Positions 21,022 to 26,136 of a DNA stretch of 26,136 nucleotides are shown piece after piece. Position numbers and translations under genes: made by a program. How positions within the stretch are numbered: the first letter of the stretch is position 1; each line of letters opens with the position of its first letter. This DNA comes from Octopus sinensis (lineage: Eukaryota). The notes below the pieces were generated by a model. The model ran no database searches and was not told where the DNA came from. It worked only from the letters and a program-made list of their open reading frames with translations. Location of the stretch: NCBI RefSeq assembly GCF_006345805.1, contig NW_021835644.1, positions 1-26,136 on the forward strand, written 5' to 3'.

Positions 21022-21784
21022 GTTTACATACATAAGAGAACAAGATGTACGTTACGCCGCAATAATATATGTATAAAAAGTATATATAAAAATACAAAAT
21101 GGCACAAGAACGCAAAACACTCAAAGAAACGACACAAGAAATGGACGGGTCATTCGAAGCCTCTAATCTTCAGTCAAGAACCGCATCATCCTTGCAATTT
21201 CGACTGATTAATCTTGAGATCGCTCCGATCCGGCCAGCCTCAAGGAAAAAACTAAGCTACGAGCATTAGATTTCTTGGAAAAAGGATCAAATGTATATGA
21301 AGCAAGGACAGAAAACGGATGATGCCACACGAATATAAATACAAAAAACAATAATAGTAATAACAGGACGAAAACAGCAGGTGCCTTACGACTTTAGATA
21401 GTTCAACTTAGCTTAGCTGGCGTATTTGGAAAAAAATGCCTTTTTCGGCAGACAAAGAAATCGATGTTGTCGTAGCGGTGGTCAGAAGCCAAAAGCTAGT
21501 TGACTGGCGGTCACGTGAGAGGAGAAGAGAGAGAAAAAAGGAGGCAAAGGAATCAAAGAGAGAGAGAAAAAAAGAGGGACAAAGGCACCAAAGGGGAAAG
21601 AAGAGAGAGAAAGAAGGAATTAAAGAGGGGAGAAGAAAGAGAGCGTGCCAAGGATTGGCTTGGCGACAGAATCAGTGTGGTGCAAAGTGAGAAAGACAGA
21701 GAAATGTGAGAGAGTGGGGGAGGAGGAGATCAAAGAATCAGAGGTGAGAAAAGAGAAAGACAGAGACTAGTGAAGTATAGAGAA

Positions 21785-21786
<2 letters not shown>

Positions 21787-21826
<40 letters not shown>
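21787..21826. repeat. (TG)n(TA)n microsatellite; similar tracts at ~7517-7565, 13121-13160, 20575-20625, 20988-21020, 23390-23465
   Basis: Directly visible dinucleotide runs, mostly inside or at the ends of SINE and Helitron copies. Confidence 0.9.
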
Positions 21827-21827
<1 letters not shown>

Positions 21828-22569
21828 CATTAAAGACCCGTCGTTGCCGGGTCATAGTGCTAGTGCATGTATATATGTGTATATATATATGTGTACATAT
21901 TACATGTACATCTATATATATACATCTACATACAAAATACAAAGTTATATCTTGATATCGCTAGTGATAACAATACTCAAAATATATAACAGACTGGAAT
22001 TGCTAGCCCGTCTCTTGTAATTTTGATCAATTGTATCTTGTCCTCCCTCTTGTATAGAAGTGTGGCTCCAATCCAGCCTACCTCTACTTCTGGGGGTGGG
22101 GTGGGGGGCATTAAAAATTTTTATCCGGGACGTCCTACGTCCCAGATATAAAGGTGAAAATAATATATTTCCACTTTGCAAGGTTCGAGTCGAGTACTCC
22201 CTTGGACGCTCCGTTGACTCGAACCTTGCTTCTATTGTGGCAAATTTACCGCCTCTGATTAGATATCTTTCATAGTCGCACCAAGACACTTTTCGAAGGT
22301 GCTTTCCTTCATGTGTTCAAATCTTTTTTCTCTACATTGTATACTTTATAGACAATAGTCTTTTCTTAAATTTAATTTTTTATTATCCATCTGGACTATT
22401 CCATTTCTGCACGCTAATTTTATTTTTAATTTATTCCCATTCATGTGAAACCCCTTATTCAAGTTCAAGTCATTGATGCAATTTTATACCAATTGCTATT
22501 TTTACTTTTGTTATGTGACGATTATATTATACTTTAGTTTGATTTTAATTATTACTTACTACATATAAT

Positions 22570-22860
22570 TCAATTGTTATTATTATTTTTATTGTTAAAG
22601 TGAAAGTATCTGACATAAAATAGAGAAATGTTTTTGTTTTACTTTTAACACATAATACTGAAATAGTGGAGAAGATATGATATTGCTATGGGCTCGCTCT
22701 CGGCAAGAAGTGGGACATTTTTTTTGCCCATTGTAACTACATGGACCCTAAGTAAGGCATGTGTAAAATTTGAATGAAATTGGTTGTGTAGTTCTCAAGT
22801 TTTAGGGAAACACACAGACAGACACACACACACACATTCTCAGTTTTATATATATAAAGA
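22570..22860 (-). mobile_element. Second Helitron-like copy, 5' part, inverted relative to 20279-20545
   Basis: Minus strand begins A|TCTTTATATATATAAAACTGAGAATGTGTG..CTGTCTGTG..GAGAACTACACAACCAATTTCATTCAAATTTTACACATGCC, collinear with 20285-20545. An A|TC start fits Helitron 5' termini. The 3' end was not located. Confidence 0.65.
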
Positions 22861-22929
22861 TAATGTCCATATATCTGTATACATTTGCACATATGTATGT
22901 GTATATATATATAGATATAGATGTATATG

Positions 22930-23335
22930 TAGAGTGACCCGCTGTTCTTGAGGAGACGTACTGAGTCAAGTACGTGAACATAAAAAAAAAATCAAATGGA
23001 AATTGTAGTTAAGATACCCGTGCTGGTGACACATAAAAAGCACCGTCCAAACGTGGCAGATGCCAGCGCTGCCTGACTGGCGTCCATGTCGGTGATACGT
23101 AAAACCACCAATCGATCGTGGCCATTTGTCAGTCTCCCTCTGGCCACTGTGCTGGTGGCACGTAAAAAACACTCACTACACTCACGGAGTGGTTGGCGTT
23201 AGGAAGGGCATCCAAGTGTAGAAACACTGCCAGATCAGACTGGAGCCTGGTGCAGCCTACTGGCTTCTCAGGCCCCAGTCGCACTGTCCAACCCATGCTA
23301 GCATGGAAAACGGACATTAAACGATGATGATGTAT
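22930..23335 (+). mobile_element. 3' UTR/tail of an RTE-type LINE or RTE-derived non-autonomous element
   Basis: Three ~60-nt-spaced repeats of GTGCTGGTG(G/A)CAC(G/A)TAAAAAGCAC-like sequence, GGTTGGCGTTAGGAAGGGCATCC, and a terminal ATTAAACGATGATGATG ((GAT)n tail typical of RTE). Confidence 0.7.
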
Positions 23336-23394
23336 AGATGTATGTGTATATATATAGATTTATATGCTTATATATGTATACATAAAAATTTATG

Positions 23395-23433
<39 letters not shown>

Positions 23434-23468
23434 ATAAATATATGTGTATAAATATATACATATATATA

Positions 23469-26136
23469 TTTATTTTATTTTATTTTATCTAGTTTCAGCT
23501 CACGAGCTGTGGCCATGCTGGGGCACCGCCATTTGGTGTTGCTACATGATTTTACTTCACGAATGCTTTTTAGCAATTGCTATTTGGTGCATGAGAGAGT
23601 TCGATGCACCTCCTGCCGTGAATTTGTTCATATTGGTCACCTGACAGGAAAAGATCCAGTTTTATTTTAAAGACATCTGCATCCACCCCATGCAGGTTTC
23701 TCAGGTCTTTCGAGAGGATATTGAAGAGCTGTGGGCCTCAAGCCCAGGCTATCACTTGTCCTACATCTTGATGGCAAATTTGGAGTCCTTGGCACTATGC
23801 AGTGGCACCCAAATTTAGTATTTGTGTAACTCTCGATGCCAAAGTTTGGGACAAGTCCTTCCAGGATCTTCCAGATGTATATTATGGCAGATCTTTCTCG
23901 CCTACGCTCTAAGGAATAGAGTCTTAATCTCTTGAGTCTTTCCCTGTAGCTTATATGCTGCACAGAGGCTATCTTGTTTATGTAACTTTGTTGGATCGCC
24001 TCAAGTTCTGTGATTAACTTGACACTGGATGGTGACCATAGCTGAGAGCAATAGTCAAAGTGGCTTCGGACAAGTGTCCTCCAGAGGACCCTCATGGTTT
24101 CCTGGTCTCTTGTTCTAAAGGTTCTAAGAATCCATCCGTCAGACGCCTACATTTCATTGCTAATTTAGTAACATGCACATGAAAGGTTGCATCATCACTC
24201 ATGTAAATACCCAGGTCTCGCACTAATTGTGCCTCTGGGATCGCAATCCCTGCTGGTCCAGTGTATTTATTGGGTATTGCATTTAGTTTTGCATGCTGAT
24301 AGCACAAAGCTTGAAACTTTTCAGCATTGAACTGCATGCTATTCTTTTCAGCCCACTTGTATATTTTGTCCAGCTCACATTGCAGGTGCATAGTGTCTTC
24401 AGGGTTCTGTATTACCTGTGAAACTTTTGTATCATCTGCATAACTTGTGATCGTGGCTCTCTGCGTGGCTGAGGGTATGTCTGAGAAGGCCATTATGAAC
24501 AGTAGTGGTCCCAAAACAGTGCCTTGTGGAACACCGCTCACTATTTGCGTGCTAATGGAAGTGACCCCATTGGCTACTACCACCTGACTTCTATCCTTCA
24601 GAAAGTCATGAAGCCATTCTCCCAGTTTTCCAACTATGTTGAGATCACGCAGTTTGTGACATATCATTCCATGATCGACTTTATCAAAGGCCTTTGCAAA
24701 GTCGAGATATATCACTTCCACATTTGAGTGGTTGAGCAGTCGTTTCAGCACCCAGTCATTGTGTTGTAGGAGCTGAGTTAAGCAGTTTCTCCCTGGTCGG
24801 AAACCATGTTAGGTGTCAGGCAGCAAGTCATTTTCTTCAAGGAAGGTGATTAGTTTCCTTCTGACTATTCGTTCCATGACCTTGCTGATGTGTGAGGTGA
24901 GAGAGATAGGTCTGTAGTTCTTGGCCTCTGCTCTTCTACCTCCTTTATGAATAAGGCATATTTTACCTTCCTTCAGTTTTCTTGGAAGTTTGCCAGCTGC
25001 AAGGAAGCTCTGAAAGAGGAACTGCAGTGGTCTTGCTAGGACTCTCTTACATACTTTTAGAATGATTCCTGGGAATTTATTGGGGCCAGTTGTTGAGTTT
25101 ATTTTCATTTCATCTATAGCCTTTATTACATCGTCTTCCCTTATATTGATGTAATCAATCATTGCTACCTCTGATTTTATATCTGCTGTAGTAAAGAAGT
25201 CAGTGGGATTGCTGACTTGAAAATACCATAGAGGTGGAGTGAAAATACTCTTGAATTGCTCATTGGATTTCCTGTGAGTGTACCATCTTTTTCAAGGAGT
25301 GGCCCTATCCTACGGTGCACCGTAGCTGTTTCTTTGGCATACCCGTAGAAAGCTCTGGGGTTAGATTTTTTGTTGTCTATAGCCCAGGCTTCTTTGTCTG
25401 CTCTTTCCTTTTCATGGGAGAGTTGCAGACATTTTTCAATTTCCAACAGTTTTATTTTCTGGCAGAACTTTTCACTGCTTTCAATTTGTTTGTTTAGGTG
25501 ATTTGAAATTTTTGTACACCGTCTCATTAAAATTTTCCTCTCTCTGGGGATTTTGTTCTTGTGTACAGTGGCCTTTCTCTCTGGGACACATTTGTAGCAT
25601 ATGGCTTGCATTACAGACATGAATTGTTGAAGCTTCACATCGATGTCTGGCGAGGAGAGACATTTAGGCCAGTTTTGTTTGAGGATCTCTTTCTCAATTT
25701 GTTTCGAGTTTGCCTTATGGAAGTTCAAGCTGGAAAGATTCTGAGGGTTTCTTGTAGGCTGCATGTCCATGCTTTCCTTTGGCCCGTACATGGTCAGCTC
25801 TACCATGTTGTGATCCGAGAGTAGTGTCGGTGTCACTTTCACATTATGGATGAGATCCATATTATTTGTGAAGCAGAGATCCAGTGTGTTACCTGCCCTG
25901 GTTGGTTGGAGTATTACTTGCTCCATGTACAGGGTATTGATGAGGTTCAGGAGGGACCTTGCCTGTCCTCGTTCACATCTTGTCATTCCTGGGAGAGAAA
26001 GGCCCTCGGGCCATCTGATATTGGGTAGATTGAAGTCTCCCATAGAAGTACACTTATGTGTTGTTCTAATGTGATTAGAACTTCTTCTATTTTATAAGGC
26101 AGTCTTCAAACTTGCTTACATGGCTGGGGCATCTGG
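23469..26136 (-). mobile_element. CR1-group (Jockey superfamily) LINE: ORF2 from APE C-terminus through RT to 3' UTR and (TAAAA)n tail; continues beyond the window
   Basis: MGDFNLPNIRW, GNTLDLCFTN (APE); NYRPISLTSHISKVMERIV, YLDFAKAFDKVDHG, GVPQGTVLGPLLF, YADD (RT); YSLERRRER (C-terminus). Long ORFs 25177-26043, 24809-25162, 24092-24751 and 23667-24095 are broken by a few stops and frameshifts. Confidence 0.95.

Larger units (their letters stand above)
20279..21863 (+). mobile_element. Non-autonomous Helitron-like element with nested insertions
   Basis: The 5' part (..TATAGAAATGAGAATGTG..CTGTCTGTCTG..AACTACACAACTGATTTCATTCAAATTTTACAC) resembles animal non-autonomous Helitrons. The 3' end has hairpin GACCCG-tcgttgc-CGGGTC (21835-21853), 6 nt, CTAG (21860-21863), then T. 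Pairing these two ends is inferred. Confidence 0.6.

Noticed and set aside
21140-21185. Second hammerhead-like core on the minus strand (CTGAAGA...TTCGAATGACCCGTC)
   Set aside because: GAAT instead of GAAAC, no valid stem III and no stem I pairing around the core.
21436-21709. Arg/Glu/Lys-rich ORFs
   Set aside because: By-product of the GA-rich simple repeat.
21945-22289. 114-aa minus-strand ORF
   Set aside because: Non-ATG start, no splice or domain evidence, and no recognisable homology.
1-26136. CRISPR array, prokaryotic operon or phage system
   Set aside because: No regularly spaced repeat-spacer structure and no dense prokaryotic coding. Spliced exons and metazoan retroelements show this is animal nuclear DNA; track ORFs with GTG/TTG starts are mostly spurious.

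Overview
AT-rich animal genomic DNA, most likely an octopod cephalopod (inferred from the SINE/RTE/Penelope repeat complement). No prokaryotic genes, CRISPR arrays, rRNA or intact tRNA are present. The only intact host coding sequence is two phase-0 exons (6080-6211, 10200-10268, + strand) of a SHOC2/Sur-8 orthologue. They encode the N-terminal tail and the start of the LRR region, and I found no further exon, so the rest of the window is probably intronic. These introns hold nested mobile-element debris: a Tc1/mariner 3' fragment, a decayed Ty3/Gypsy pol with PPT and 3' LTR, an L1/Tx1-clade 3' fragment splitting a tRNA-derived SINE, five copies of that SINE, and an internally deleted RTE LINE. 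They also hold a Penelope-like element interrupted by an intronless HAPSTR1 (C16orf72) 5' fragment, a foldback MITE with an 8-bp target duplication, two non-autonomous Helitron-like copies, and a fairly young CR1-group LINE running off the right edge. The best leads are: (1) the HAPSTR1 fragment inside the Penelope ORF; (2) a 3' tail shared by the SINE and the CR1-group LINE, with compensatory changes in a stem-loop; (3) the Tx1-like insertion at an exact point in the SINE head; (4) a degenerate minimal hammerhead-like motif. All homology calls come from manual translation and recalled family motifs; no searches were run.
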